A stretch of 64,000 nucleotides of DNA from Daphnia carinata. Lineage: Eukaryota. The position numbers were made by a program, and so were the translations under genes. This document shows, one piece after another, positions 1 through 14,498 of this stretch (within the stretch, counting starts at the first letter, position 1; each line of letters opens with the position of its first letter). The stretch is from NCBI RefSeq assembly GCF_022539665.2, contig NC_081332.1, positions 3,348,001-3,412,000 on the forward strand. Reading direction: 5' to 3'. A model generated the notes under the pieces. The model searched no databases, had not been told where the DNA came from, and was given only the letters and a program-made list of their open reading frames with translations.

Positions 1-30
1 CGAGTGGTTAGGGCGTTGACGTTCGAGGAC
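1..30 (+). other. tRNA D-arm/A-box-like fragment, possibly a tRNA-derived SINE remnant, cut by the window edge
   Basis: CGAGTGGTTAGGGCGTTGAC resembles tRNA-Ser/Leu D-arm (CCGAGTGGTTAAGGCG), followed too closely by GTTCGA; no full cloverleaf. Confidence 0.2.
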
Positions 31-3000
31 ACATATCATTGGCAATGCTGTGTTCACTGACCGTGCGTAGAGAATTCGCTGTTGAATGAATCTTTCAAGT
101 ACCTCACCATAGAGAAAGTGACGCATTAAAGTAACATCAAGGACAGAGTGCAGTCTCTTATGTCTCGCCGTGAAATCGGAATTCAATTACGTTGCCAACG
201 GCGCGGCAGACTAGGTACAATGCGAAGGGGGGGGGGGGGCGAGGTATTAATGAGAGCCAGGACTGATCAGTTTAACCAAAGCACTTTCGTATCACCTACC
301 CTTCCACCTAAATTGCAACATCTACTTTTTTCGCAAACGGGGGAGGGGGGGGGGTGACAAGAAAACGATTTTAAAATGTGTAATAAGATTTTGTGTACGC
401 GTGTGCCAATCGATGCTATTTTTGCCTTCTTTGTCTGTTCTTATCAACGTCTTGGAAAATTTAGCGCAATCATGGACATCATTGTTCTGCGATTGGCTTG
501 GCTAATTGTTCGTTTTTTTTTGTGAAATCTTTTTAAAAAGGAAATGCGACAGGCCTTTCGACAGACTGTTACGAGGAGAAAGGCAATAATAAAAGAATCT
601 TTTTCGAGTTCAAACGTTATGAAAGGCATTCCATTCGATAAAAAAAAAAAAGAAAAGAAGAACACGATAAGAGACAATAATATTGCCAGAGTTCAAATTG
701 TTGCACTGTCATCATCATCATCGTAAAGTTCTTTGTATCAAAGAGCGAGATGAAGAAACAGTCCTTTTTGGAATCATCTCCTCGTCGGCCATTTTACCCT
801 TTTTTTTTCTTAGGGGTCGTGTTAAAAATAACATCAATAAATAAAAGCGAGATAAAGTGTGTGGTATTATTAGGCGATTCGATTCGCTAGCCGACCTAAC
901 AAAACGACCGAAATCAACCGTGAAATCAAAGAAATCATTGTTCTCTAATAGCTCGTATAACCCCTTTCCTTTCGAACGAAAGGACTTAAGAAAAAAAAAA
1001 AAAAAAAAAAGTTTTTACTTCATTATGAATGTTCAAAGAATAGCCGCAGGGAAGGTGAGTTGTAATGCGTACCAATAAAGTCTCGGTGCAAGAGTGAAAA
1101 TTCATGTGGAGCGCGCCATCCGGCCTCTTTTTTCGAGGACGGGATTTCCGTTTTTGGGTGGTGGACCCAATCAAAATTATGGCCACCTTTTTTTTTTTTT
1201 TTTTAACAGCCATCCCAAGAAAACGTACTCCAATTTATCCCTAGATCTCAATGTCCCTTTTGACGGCGACCATATTAAAAATCAATTCCCATTGCGTCTG
1301 GAGACCATACGGTGCAGTAATAATGCAATCAAAAATGTACTACCGTTGCCTCCCAATACAAAAAAAAAAAAAAAAAAAAGAGAGAGGGGAAGGAAAAAAA
1401 ATGAAAAGCTTTTCGATGTGTGGTACACCCACTGACGTCATAGCACACCAAGGAAAGTGGAGTCATAGAGTTTGCGAGTAATGATTGCGATACGGCTAAA
1501 AACAGACTGCATTTCTATTTTTAAAAAAGCTCTCCGCTATGTCTGCTTGGGTAAAAGCATTTAAAACAAGGAGCTTTCATAATTTTCAAGGGAAAAAAAA
1601 AAATCATTTTCGAATTCGACCGAATGGATTCTAAGCTGGATCGTTCTGTAGGCGTACACTGCGAGAGCAGCACCTTTGATGTTGCGCTTCTTTGTTTAGC
1701 GAGGGAGGGGGCGTACACAGTCAAAAGTAAAACGGTAGTCTATGATGATGAAAAAAAAGAAGCACTCGACACACCTAATCCGATTAACTATTCCATCACT
1801 TGGGGAAAAAAAGAACGAAAGGCAGCCCCAAGAAAGAGAAAAAAGAGGCAGAACAACATTTTGTTGCGAAAATGTTAGTATTCACAAAAGATAGGTATAC
1901 GAAAATCCAATTAGAAAAAAAAGCTCCGTTCCTAACCCCCAGAAGGAAAAAAAAAATCAATTTCGATCAGTGTTGGGTTTTCACACGCGCAACAGTTAAC
2001 CCCGGTGCATATATCACGTTAAAAAAAATAAACAAGGGGAAACGCCTGGGGGCCACCTGTCTAATCAAATAGGAAGGTTTGCCCGTAAGCGATCGATGAC
2101 GGGACCCTGACGGACGCCGTCGTCACCGACATCTTCTTTCCCTCCTTTTTATTTTTGGTCGTAATGGAAAGAAAAGACGGTCTAAAACTTTTGAAACTGA
2201 AGTGGCGGTATACCGTGCGTGAGTGTCAATCGCATTTTGCCTTTTTTTTTCCAAAATGGAATAAGCAAAAGAGAAAAGTCGTGTGGTGAACATTGGCGCT
2301 ATATACCTTTCGTACGGCATTTAAAAACGAATGGCAGATCGATGGTCCCCACGCAAACAAGACTCGCACGCACATAAAACGGAACGAGAAATGTGTTTTT
2401 TTTTTTATAGAGAAAACAAGCCACGCCCCAAATTGCAGGCCACCCTTTATCAATCGATAGGTTTGTAGCAAGGTCATTGTGTGACTTGATTGAATCAATC
2501 AAGCAGACATGAACAACAACAAGAAAAGATTGATTTAAAAAAAAAAAATAGACGGATGGTAGCCGTACTTCCCGTGTAGCTGCTCCGGGGGGCTGTATGG
2601 ATTGGCCGTCGGGGCGGGATTTTGGCACCGACGTCGGTCGATATTGTTGAGAAAGAGGGGAAAAAAAAGAAAAGAATTTCCCTTTTTTCTTTTCGGGAGC
2701 AGCCGCCGGACAAACCCATAATTCTTCGTTTATAGTTGGGTAGATAGCTGCTACCAGCCAAGCCATATATTGACACTGAATGTCCACTGTATACGGTTAT
2801 TTTCTTTAATGGCTAATGCAATGCCCTATCATTTATAATTCTTCATCAAATTTTATTCTACATTGCGAAAGCGAACACAATTGACCTTTCTCGCGCATCG
2901 CAATGCCCTTTCCCTCCAGCTGTAGCGCAATTCATTTCCCAAGCATTACAGTTTAATTACCCAAAATACTAAAGACACTCGCCAAACACTCAAAGGGGGG

Positions 3001-6000
3001 AAGTGGAACCCAGAAAACTTTGTGATCCGAACGCAGCTCTCCGTTCGGGTATGAAGATGAGTACTATTAGCGCGCAAGGAGAGCGAGGAAGGGGCAACGT
3101 ATAATATTGTGTAGCAAGTATTAAACTAGGAACAATACGAAACAGCATAGGAAGGGTGGATGAAAAACCATTGGGCACATATGATGATGCATAGGGATTA
3201 GTTCGAGCTCATATAAAAATAATCATAATCATAAAAAAGCATCCGCCATTTTCGTTTGTTGCAAGACAAAACCGGACACGGACTCGTTGGCCCGCTACAC
3301 GAAAGTTTACCCCCCTCCACACTAAAAACCCATTGGCTATTGCGCTGAGAACAAAAGAGGATCAACAGAAAGAGAGAAATAACCTCACCCTCTTCCCTCA
3401 ATAACAAGAGAAAGAATCTTGCTTCCCCTTTACCCCGACCTCCATTACACACAATGTAGTACACTACTTACACATTGTGCTGCGTATAGCCGTGAAGCCC
3501 CTCTGGACTGATATTAGGACAGAGAACAACGAAAATAAAAGGACCGAATAATAAAAAAAAAAAAAAAAAAAAAGAGAAAAACGTTAATAACAAGAAGATG
3601 AAACAAGAAGACGCCGGTCAAAGTAGTCGTATATCTTTTGTGAAATTGGCCTTGATGATCACGCAGACGTAAAACAAAAAAAAAAAAAAAAATGTTGGCT
3701 GGACGAGAAAACTGGGCGCGCGCAATACAATCGCCCGAGTGGATGTTGATGATGATGAGCCGACTCCCGCCGCCCACCCCACCCTTTTTTTTTTCTTTCC
3801 TTCCCTCATCATCAAAGTCAGTTAAAGAGGGGTCGCGATCTTGATGGATAAGCGGCCAAAAAAAGAGTTTGCTACCACGCTATGTACATACACCGCTTCT
3901 TCTATACATGTCTACATACTTTACTTATCACGGGCTATTGTGCTCTGCCTTTCTCAAGAGAATGTATAATATAAACCGGGAAATAAAAAATAAAAAAAAA
4001 GGAGATGCATATCAAACAAATGCTGACGCTGGAAGCTTTTTGGAGAGGGCAAAACTCTCGACAACAAGATCTCTTTCCTATCTCATTTCTTCGTCTTACT
4101 TGTTATGGTCGATGTTGCCAGTTTCGAAGAAGGACCGCTACTGAGAATCCATCTGAAAACCAGCCAGCCATTCCGACCATCGGATGCGGGAAAAATTTTC
4201 TTTATCTTCCATACCACAGAATAAGGAAGGGGGGACTAAAAAAAAAATGGTGAGCGGGTATTTTAGCCAAACGATTATTGAGCTTAAAAAACAGGGAGGA
4301 AGGGGAGAGAGGCGATCATTATGCATATCCGCACGTCCATCGTCGGATTTCAAGAACAATGAACGACGCAAAAAAAAAAAAAAAAAAAGACATTGGTGAA
4401 GACGTCGGTGATGACTTGGTTGTTGAAAATCGGGGGTGCCAGAGTCACAGCACGCACGAGGGGGGGGGGGGGAGTCGGTGGTAATGGAGGGGAGGGGTAC
4501 AGACGACGCTAATTGACACGAGCGCGCTCTTTTCGCCTCGTGCATTCCTTCACGACACGCAGTAAAGACAGTAGCGCCCCAACGGAGGATTTAAAAATTA
4601 TGTACTTTTTTTTTCTTTCTTTCATTACTGTCCATCACTTTTTTTTTCTCTACCCCCCGTTTCCCTTTTGGCTTCTTTCTCCAGTCATCTTTTTGTTTTT
4701 CTCAAGGGCTCGTGTTGTACGAACGTCCCTTAATACCCCCCCTTCAAACCCCACCCCTTTAGTTTGTTTCATTTTCTTGCAGACAGAAAGGCGGATCCCG
4801 TCGACTATGTGGACAATCCCCTTGATGTTTCGATACACAATGAAACAAATGAATAGCGTCCTCAATTGGCAACAAAAAAAAAAAAAAAAATACCCCCAGT
4901 GACGTCAGGCCGTGAATAATCGATTGCGAGAGACCTTAGCCCGGTTGACTTGCGTGTGTCTTATTTTGAAAGAAAAAAAAAAAGACAAGAAAATCAAATA
5001 GGAATACACCCCCAAGTCTTTGTCGTTTTGATATGTCGATTTACAAAGAAAGAAAAAAAAACGATGGCAAAACTGCAGAGACATTGCGGGACAAAGCAGC
5101 GCACAGGGAACGATTAGAATGAGACACGGACGGCAAAAGAGAATGTCCTCGTATTGGAACATCCCGATGGGGTCTTCCTCTGTATACACAACACTCTTTT
5201 TTCTTCTTTAACCCTCCCTTGTACTAGAGCCAAAGAAAGAGAAAAAGAAATGGATTCCTGCATCAGAAAAAACTCGTGTTTATCACGCGTGAACACCATC
5301 TACACTGTATTCTGTTCGAGAGTCTAAAGACGGTCTACTGATCTCGGTTCTCTTTCTTTTTCGCATGTCCTATCAGTGGCACAACAAAAGGGTCGAATGT
5401 TCGTGTCAAAGTCCCGAAAAAGAAGAAAACATATCCGTTTTATGCAATTCCCCAAGCTTCTACTTTCGTTTCTGACGCTGATCCTGGAGGATCGATGGGC
5501 CTTGCACAGACTGATATTCTTTTTTTTAAAAGGCTAAGCCCTCAATTTTCATGTGGTGAAGAGACACAGCAAAGCCAAAACAACATTCGGATAACATCGG
5601 CGAAGGGAAAAAGTTCAACCTCAATTCCATTTTTAAATTATGTGTGTCTATAAAAGTTTTCTGGGCGGGGAAAAAAAAAAACCTTTAAAAAACATAAATC
5701 AAACTAATTATGATTTATGATTTTTCTTTTCTTGGTGGCGTTTGCGATGAGGCGCTAAAAAGAAAAGGGATTTGGCTTTCTGACAAAGATTTTTTCTCAA
5801 AAAATAAAAAAAAAAATCCTCCCATGCGAGATTGTCCGTCTATTTGGACTGGAAAAAGTCTACGTAAACACAAAAAACGAAAGAGATAAGAGAAAAAAAA
5901 AAAAACTTTTTTCCTCCGGATTTTTTATTTGTTCATGAAATCCGACACGCAAGGGAAAGAAAAAAAAAGGCGCACAGGTTAGTCCGGTTGTATCCATTTG

Positions 6001-9000
6001 CCACCGACATCATCAAACCGAGATAGCTGTTGTACAAGCGAGAGAGGGGGGAAAACGCTGGTAGTTCGCAGTACTTGTTTAAAGGAAGCACTTGAAGCAA
6101 TTCACTATTGCCAAAAGGAGTTGAGGGGGGGGAAAAAATGGACCTTCTTTATATTAAAAAAAAAAAGAAGCGAAAACGAGAAAAAAAAATAGCTGTGTTC
6201 TTTTTCTCTTTCTTAGTCGCCTCCAGTACTGGCTGTTGTTTGGGCCGCGCGCCAGGGGTTGACGTGCTTCACGATAATTACGGACGAGTGTGTTTGGTCT
6301 GATCTTATAGTATGTGCGTGTCTTTGCCGGGCGTTCTTTTCCACCATCAGTGAAATTATTTTTTTAAGAAAAAAAAAAAGTGGCAAGTTTGGAGACAACA
6401 ACAAGCGAAAAAAAAAAAATGAGGCAAAATGAATTGAGAAGAGCCACTGGTTGATAAAAGGCGGTGGTCGCAGTGGCTTTTCTATAGCAGGCAGGTAGTC
6501 TACACTTGATTTCCATCTATAATTCTCCATCCCCAAAGGGTCCAAGGTTCTTGGACAACTGCAGCCCTTGAAACAACTTTTTACGAACGTGCATTTTCTT
6601 CTTTACACATTTAATGATTTCCAAAACAACCTCAAGAACCTCCTTCCAGACAAAAAAAAAAAAAACAGGTGAGAATAAGCCAATGAAACCGTTCCTCGAC
6701 TTTCAAAAAGAGACCGTTGTTTAAAAAGAAAATGAGATTGTAAAAGCATCAACGAGAAAAAAAGCTGTTTAGTGTGGGGCCTCGATTTCACCAAGATTGT
6801 ATCAGTTTACGTACAGCAAATGAAACACGACTAATGGATCTGATTTCGTGTCGCCCCCGGAAGACAACCGCAAATGTAGCGAATCAAGCTTTCAAAATAA
6901 CGAGTCTTTTTTTTTTTTAAATATAAAACCGGATGCTGCGTACGTAATGTCAAGCAACGGGATTCGTGTTCTTACGTGTTATTGATTTCTTCCCGCTACG
7001 CGAATGGAACCCCCCATCCTCACGACCGATTGTTGCTTCCCTCTCAGGATATATACATAACACAGCGGTAAGGTACACGAGTCAAATTTTACGGCGATGT
7101 TTTTACACGAAAAAAAAATAGAAAGAGTCTCGACGTCAAAGTGAAAAATGATGGTGTATACAATGTGTAGGATAAGAGCTATAAAGCAAAAACTGATTTC
7201 ATCCAGTCAATCAACTTCATTTTTAGCTTTAGCTGTCCAATCCTACCGTCCGTGGCGGAGAGAGCCCTTTTGAGGAGGTCCAAAAAGAAGATTAAAAGAC
7301 AATAGAGCTCTTGATTAAGATGGAGGGCTTCTTAAGTATATAGACGCCATCTCCATACATGTGGTCCGTCTCTCTCTTTTTGGTTATATTACTCAACGCT
7401 ATCCATCCACCGGAAAGAATGAGTGGAAACGGTGGGGGAAAAAGAACCAAAATGAAGTGGAGGGAGAGAATGTATCTGAAGGGAAATGTATATACACTAT
7501 TTCTAAAAAAAACTCGTTTTGAAAAAAAAAAAAAAAAAAAGGGATACAATTCAACGCGATGAATTACGTCCGTGCAGACACCCCAAAAAAGGGAAACCGC
7601 AAGGCCAAGCTCGTTATTAACAAAATAGACACCAAACCGCCCGTGTCCGGTAGGAGATGACCACCACACCTTCCATACTCGACAAAACACTGTGTAATTT
7701 ACCTAAAACCACTTGTCGAAAAGACCGACTCAAAAACCGCAAAACCACATTTTCAAAAAAAAAAAAAAAAATTCAAGGTGATTTTTTGTGTAGAGCAAAA
7801 TCAATTGCCCAATATAAAAATAAATATGCGGCGTACGATCCGGTTTCAAAAAAAAAAAAAAAATGGAGACATTTTCTGCAGCAAAAATCAGGACAAAAAA
7901 AAAAGAATATCATATCCCTGGGAGATTCCAGTTGCGACGTCATCGTAAACTTTGGAAGCAAAGCTTCCTGGTGAGGAGGGGTTTATGTAGAGGCAAAGGA
8001 TTTCTGATCCCTCTTTCACTAGCAACTTTTTCATTCTGGATTTATACCCTACCTACTTAATAATCGAAAAAAACAGACGACCTTTTCGGCATTATAGACG
8101 CACAAGAAAAAAAAATGTACAGCGTTACCATGGCAACTGCTCAGATTAAAATCCATTATCATACATTTTTTTCTTGGCCTGATCCGTGAATCAAAAGTTC
8201 CAGCACACGACGCGTGTGTGCATTTCCCCAGACGAATCGAACAAGAGATGGAGCCAAAAAGATATGGGTCCATTGTGATTCTACTTCGATGTACAGCCCG
8301 CGATTGAAACTGACCCGATGTGCGGCACAAGTCCTCAAAAAGAAAAAAAAATAAGAATCTGATCCAGTCGATCACACACAGTTGGCAAATAAGCGCAGTA
8401 GGGATCGGCATTTTAAAGAAACTAGGTGGGCCATTGAAATACGACGCGGTTACCACTTCTTTTATGTTTACCTTCAATATATTTTAGATTCTTACTTTTT
8501 TTCTTTTTGTGATCAATATTTCAGTCTCCCCCCCCCCCCCGTTTTTTAGCCTCCGACAACAAAAAAAAAATAAATCCTTTGGTTGAAAAAAAAAAAAGCT
8601 TTGAAGGGATCGGATCAAGTGAAGCGTGTATGTCGTGTGTATACTAGAATATATATATTATAGTATGTACCGCCAAACCTCATAGTCCGCTCTCTATTTA
8701 CTTCTTACTGGAGAAAAAAAAAACCAACCGCCATTTCAACATCAGAGCAGCGTCTTATCTGCGCTTCGGTGCATCACCTTTTTTTTTCTCCCCCATCGAG
8801 AAAAAAAAAAAATGAAACACGTACACTACAGCAACACCCAATCATCAAATAGCCTGAATATTCATTACGATCCGGATCGAATGTTCTATAACGTTTTGAC
8901 GACCCAGTTAGGAAACTAATATGTCGACACCGTGGAGAAAAATATGCAAAAATGGACAGCGCGCGCTTTCGTTTTTAGGGGGAGGGAAGGGGTTAGATAA

Positions 9001-12000
9001 ATCTTTTGTGAAAAACAAAAGCAAGGCCACGAGATTTAAATGAGCTCAAAAAAGATTCTAGAAGAATGGAACCCCCTTCCTTCTACTTTTTTTGGCGCCA
9101 TAATTTTTTTCCCCCCCTTTTCCAGAAATGGCGCGTAAAAGACATTGCTAAAAATGTCTCCCATCCCCCAAAAAAAGATTCATATCTAAGGCCATTAGCA
9201 TAGCCGTTTGGAGCACTTTCACAGAAAGATGGGGAAAGCAAACACGAGGTCGGATGGGCGTTTCTCTCACACACATACAAAAAATGCTTGTTTTTGCTAC
9301 TGAACATTCAAGTATTTTACACTTACCAGAAAAAAAGAGTTGGTAGTCCTTGTTGATGAGAGAAAATGATGAAGGATGCGCGGTATACAGACGGATAATC
9401 GCAGCTGCTAGCGGCTGCCCGTCTCCAATTTAGCGGCCATGAAGACACGATGTTTGTCGTTCGAATGCTAAAAATATATAGACGGTATATCCTCTCAAAT
9501 CTCTTTTTTTTCTCTCTTTGCACAAACAAAAAACACACACACACGGGTTATAAAGATGACACGTTGTTCGGCACGCCCGACACAGACGAAAATAAGATCA
9601 AGCGATTGAGAGAACCGTGCTCGATTTTTGTTGTCTCACAGCACAAGTTTTAAGAGGCAAACAGCTGTTGACTGTCGTCAATCTTTGATTCGTTTTTCAC
9701 TTTTGGTTTAAAAGAAACACGATCACGTAAAAGTCACCCAAAGTTAAAAAAAAATAAATCGTTTCCAAGTCAGTTTCTTTTGTCTATATGTTTCACTAAA
9801 ATTGCCACTAGAGAAAAAGTTTGAAACGTTCAAGATAGAAATCCAAAACGGAACTAGTCTTTTTTTGCAGCCTGATCGAGGGAACTGTTCAAAAAAAAAA
9901 TCATGTACGGACAGGCACACACACGTCTGACTCGCCTGGTGTCCAGGAGGGGACTGAAGTTCTGAACTGACGACCACGCGGCCTATTAGTATTTTGTATG
10001 TAGCACCACCACCTCCCTCTTACGGCGGTTTTCATTTTTCTGCCCCAACCTCTCTTTTCTAGCAGCAACGTGCAATGGCGGATATGATCGAAAGTATAAC
10101 AGTCGACGTGGCTGACGTTACGGCTTTGATTTCCTTTTTTTTCTATTCTTTTCTTGAAAAAAATAGTTTTTTTTTTCTTCTAGATTTCCAAGTTGTTATA
10201 TACGGCAAAACTTTTTTTTTTTTTTTTTTTTTTTTTGGGGGGGGGGCCTGAATGTAAGCAATTGGCTGTTTGCAGCAACTTCTTTTTTCTCCAAGTATTT
10301 CGTCTGCTACTTTTTTCTTTCTGCAGCAGACTTTGGCAAAGAGTGGAATAATTGGGCCCGCTGATGTACAGTAGTGGCAGAGCTAGTAAAAAAAAAAAAA
10401 AGGTACTTTCGATCATAATGGCCGCCGAACAAAAGGATTACATAGGAGACTGCAATATTTCAAACCACCAGCCATTTAATAATCATTTTCTGTTTCCTTC
10501 GCAAGAAAAACAGTTGATTGTAGGATGGCGCTGCCGTAGGGCGAAACCCCGTCCAAGTTGACGGCAATTTGTCATGTGGGAAAAACAAAAATAATAATAA
10601 TAAAAAAAAAAAAGAGAATCGCCCGGCAATTACGGAGCAAAACGAGCGCCCGTTATGATTTCATTTCGCCCAGATAATACTTAGGACAAGGTCATTTTTC
10701 GGAGATGTTGTTTATGGCCGCCACGGCTTTCAAATGTGTACACGTCCCCTTCTTCTTCTTCTTAGCTGCTGGTCCTGCTGCGCCTCTTTTTTTTTTTTGT
10801 GTTCAATCTTTTCTCATATGTGTATGGGTCCCTTTATTTTCTTTCTGTACAAATTTCGTGTCGAGCCAATTCGTTTCGCTTGAACCAAATCATCCCCCTA
10901 CGGCCGTTAAAGCCCACACAGAAACCCCCCAACACAAAATGTCCAGACGACCGCGCCCAGGCATATCACAACTAATGGCTTTTTTTTTTTTAACTGTTTC
11001 TTATCAGCAAAAAAAAAATTCAGGGGAACTATCATCCTAGCAAATATTCCCTTTTTTTTTAAGTAACAATAAATGCATACGGTCATTCAAAGTAAAAAAC
11101 CAAAACATTTGAAAAGGAAGCATCATGCAAGAATGTGGTTCATGCGCAACACGACATCCAGCTGCGCCGGCGCATACATTTTTTTGGCAATAGAATGTCC
11201 TGTTGTTGTTTTGATTATATTAAAAAAAAAAAAAAAAAAAAGATTGGAAGCAAAAAAAAAAAAAGAAAAGGTATCGGATGATGACTAGATGGAAAATCTA
11301 GAGGACGAACTAAGAAATTCGGCGGAATAGTTGAAAAAGAAAAATACACAAGGAAGCCATCGCGGAACCAATGCGGATCATTAGCGCAAACGAAACTCAA
11401 TGGCTGGGAAAAAGACGAAATGTTTGCTTTTTGTTTACGCCTGCATATATGTATGTTCTTCGTCCTTTTTTTTATTTTCCTTTTTGAAATGTGTATAAAG
11501 CAGTTTGTAGCTAAACGTACATGCAATCTCATGCATTACACGCCAAAGTGAGCAAGTAACTTTGTACAAAACGTCTCCGTAGTGATGATTATCCCAGGGT
11601 TCGTCAGCTGTCGCTGGTTTAGAACACGATTTCGCATCAAACTTGTTTCTTGATGCATCATGCCCCCCATTTTCAAAGCGCTCTAGTCTTTTTACACCAT
11701 CATCGAATCATTAAGTTTGGATTGTCACTCTACGATCTTCATTAACAAAGTTCAATCAGAGCAATCCCCTTCTTCTAACGCTTCATGGAACCGTTGCATT
11801 CGATGTGTTGTGTTTACTTGGTTACGTTCGATGTGTGGATGAGTGAGAGAAAGAAAAACACAAGTTCGAGTTTAAAAGGTAACAGTTGTAGCATCACGTC
11901 TAACACACACACACGAGCGATTGAGCTCGACATGAACAACGTCGCATTGATTGCCGTTTCACGACGCTTTCTAAACATGGCTAGCAGGATCGAGCAGAGG

Positions 12001-14463
12001 CAGTAAAAAATAAAGCAGTAAGACCTATTGGCCAATGGCTGAAAAGGTGGAACATAGATATATTGCACGGTGAATGGCGGCCAAAAAACGAGTCATGAAA
12101 ATAGCTGCAAGAAAAGAAATCGAGAATTTTTGTTCCTTTTTACGAGCGAGAGATGCAGCTCTTTCTTCGACTCGGCAGCAAGGAATTAAAATAAAAAGAA
12201 AAAAAAAAAAAAGTCAAACACTGAAAGAAAGAAGAAGCGGTTGGGACGACACATCATTTCTCAGCTAGGCGAGAGAGCAGTGCGCGCGCGCACTTTGAAC
12301 TCACCTTTTTTATTTATTTATATATTTTTTTTTTTTTACTACCAGTGGCTTCACTACTCGGGCTAAGGTCCCCCCTGTACACTTTGACCGAACTGCATCA
12401 ATCGTTCGTGCCTTTTAGAAAGAGACATGAAACATTTTCTTCTGATTTCTGATGGTCGGTGGCTTTCAAATGAAGGGGGGACGTTAGGCCGTCCTATCGT
12501 AGACATTTTTTTTTTTTTCCGAGGGGATAAAAAAATAAAAGAAAGTCGCCCCGCCGAGTTGATGCACACAGTAGATTATAGATGTTAGCTTCTATTCAAC
12601 GAGATTGAAGCCGAGGAACCTGCTCCGCGCGCGAGGGAACAAACCAAAGCCACCTGCCCCCTCTATGAGAAACATCTACAGAAACGGAAAAAAGCTGTGT
12701 GCAACGGCATCGGAAAAGAAGGAGAGACTCCCATCAAAAAGTAGAGGGACCCAAAAAAAAAAAATAAAATAAAATAAAAAGAGAGAAATACAAGCACTCG
12801 ACTGGGCACCAGAAAAACGTGACCGGACTACGCGACTCACGAGTTTTTCTTTAGCCTGGATGGTCAAACTCACTTTCACCTCTGTGCCACCTCACGTCTG
12901 CAAAGGCAATGGAGAAAAATAAAAAAAATAGGACTTGAGAAAATTGTTCTTTCAAATAATAAAACAAAAAAAAAAAAAAAGAAGAAGAAGAAGAAAACAA
13001 CGTACACACGCAGAAGGAGAAAAAAAAAAAACAATCGACCAGATCGGCTGAAATCACGCTCTGCTAGAGCGATCAAAGAAGAAAAGAAAAGCTCTAAAGG
13101 ATTTATTGTCTGTATAAACTCGAAATAACAACACGGACGTAGACGGGAGGGGGTGGGAGAGGATCAATTGGAGTGGTCTCGTGAGGGAATCACGGACTAC
13201 TTGCACATCAAAAATAGGTATATTTTTAGTATTGGCCAATTCAATCCGTGTAGCTGCATTACCTTATGTTATTACAATGATCTTTCATTTCATTTCCCAT
13301 TTTTATTTTTAGATTTGAAACAGGGAGGGACGTAGAAAATGAAACCAAACAAAAGCCAATTGACTGACAGGGGTCCATCAACTCGAGATGACATCACCAG
13401 GTGAGTGGGAGAGGAAAAGCACACCGCGTTGAATATAAATCGAAATATTTTCAAGCTATCAAAACGTGTGTCAATATTTGAACAGGAAGTCGGCCTATTG
13501 TTAGCCATGAAAAACAATATTTTTTTTTTCATATCAACTTGTACTGGTAACACTGTATTATGCACATCGAATTTAGGACGTTATCTGTACTTCATTTTTC
13601 AGTGGATGGAGGGGAGGGCGCCATATTCAAAACGAGTTCATCGGTCACAGCCAAACAAAAAAAAAAAAGTTTCCCAAAACGTAAAAAAGAAAAAGCTATT
13701 TATTTTCTTTTCCTAAATCCCGGCTCTGTCTCTCTGTCTCTCTACAACCAAGTTGTGTGGTGAGCCTCCGACGGGGGGTTTACAAAAGAAGGATCCCTCT
13801 GGGTGACTCTGAAGACGTGCATAATCTGTCATTTTCCTTTTTTTTCCTTAAAGATAGCAGACGATAGGACCAAAGAAAGGCCTCCCAACGGAGAGAGTAA
13901 GACTCCGTTCCCGTTCGTACACGAAAGTAAAAATTTCTTCAAGTGCATAAGGTCACCGGTCATCAAGGAGGGGCAGCTGCTTCTGCCATGTTTTCAAAAA
14001 AGACCACCATCCGCCCTCAAAAAAAAAAAAAGAATTTTTTTTTTTTTTTTTTCAAGAATACAAAAAAATTAAAATGCTTAAAAAAAAAAAAAAAGACTTA
14101 ATTGAATTGGCATGTCACTTCTGTCTGTGTCAGTTCTTTGTTTTTCGATAAGAGGCCTTGCGGGATATGAATAGGAATCAGGAAACGTTCAAAAATAATA
14201 ATAATAAAAAAGAAGCCGAAAATAATTGTTTTAGTAGAAGCTTCTCTTTCAGCATTATCTATCTCTGTATAATATTAAAAGCTTTGTTTAGTTCTCTTTC
14301 TTTTTTTGTTTGTGTGTGTATGTGTTTCAGGTCCATTCCGTTCCGGTCGGCCGTCCAAACAAAAGGCGGATGTGCTACGGCTACTGCCCAGGGTTAAAGG
14401 GAAGAAGAAGAAGAAAAAAAAAGTTGGCACAAGCTTCTTCTCTATCTGTGATACCGAAAGCAG

Positions 14464-14465
<2 letters not shown>

Positions 14466-14493
<28 letters not shown>
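14466..14493 (+). repeat. (AC)14 microsatellite
   Basis: Read directly; one of many (AC)/(GT) tracts in the window. Confidence 0.95.

Positions 14494-14498
<5 letters not shown>

Noticed and set aside
11282..11302. miR-279-like 5' end TGACTAGAT (and miR-276-like TAGGAACTTC at 21681)
   Set aside because: Only 9-10 nt match and no precursor-length hairpin.
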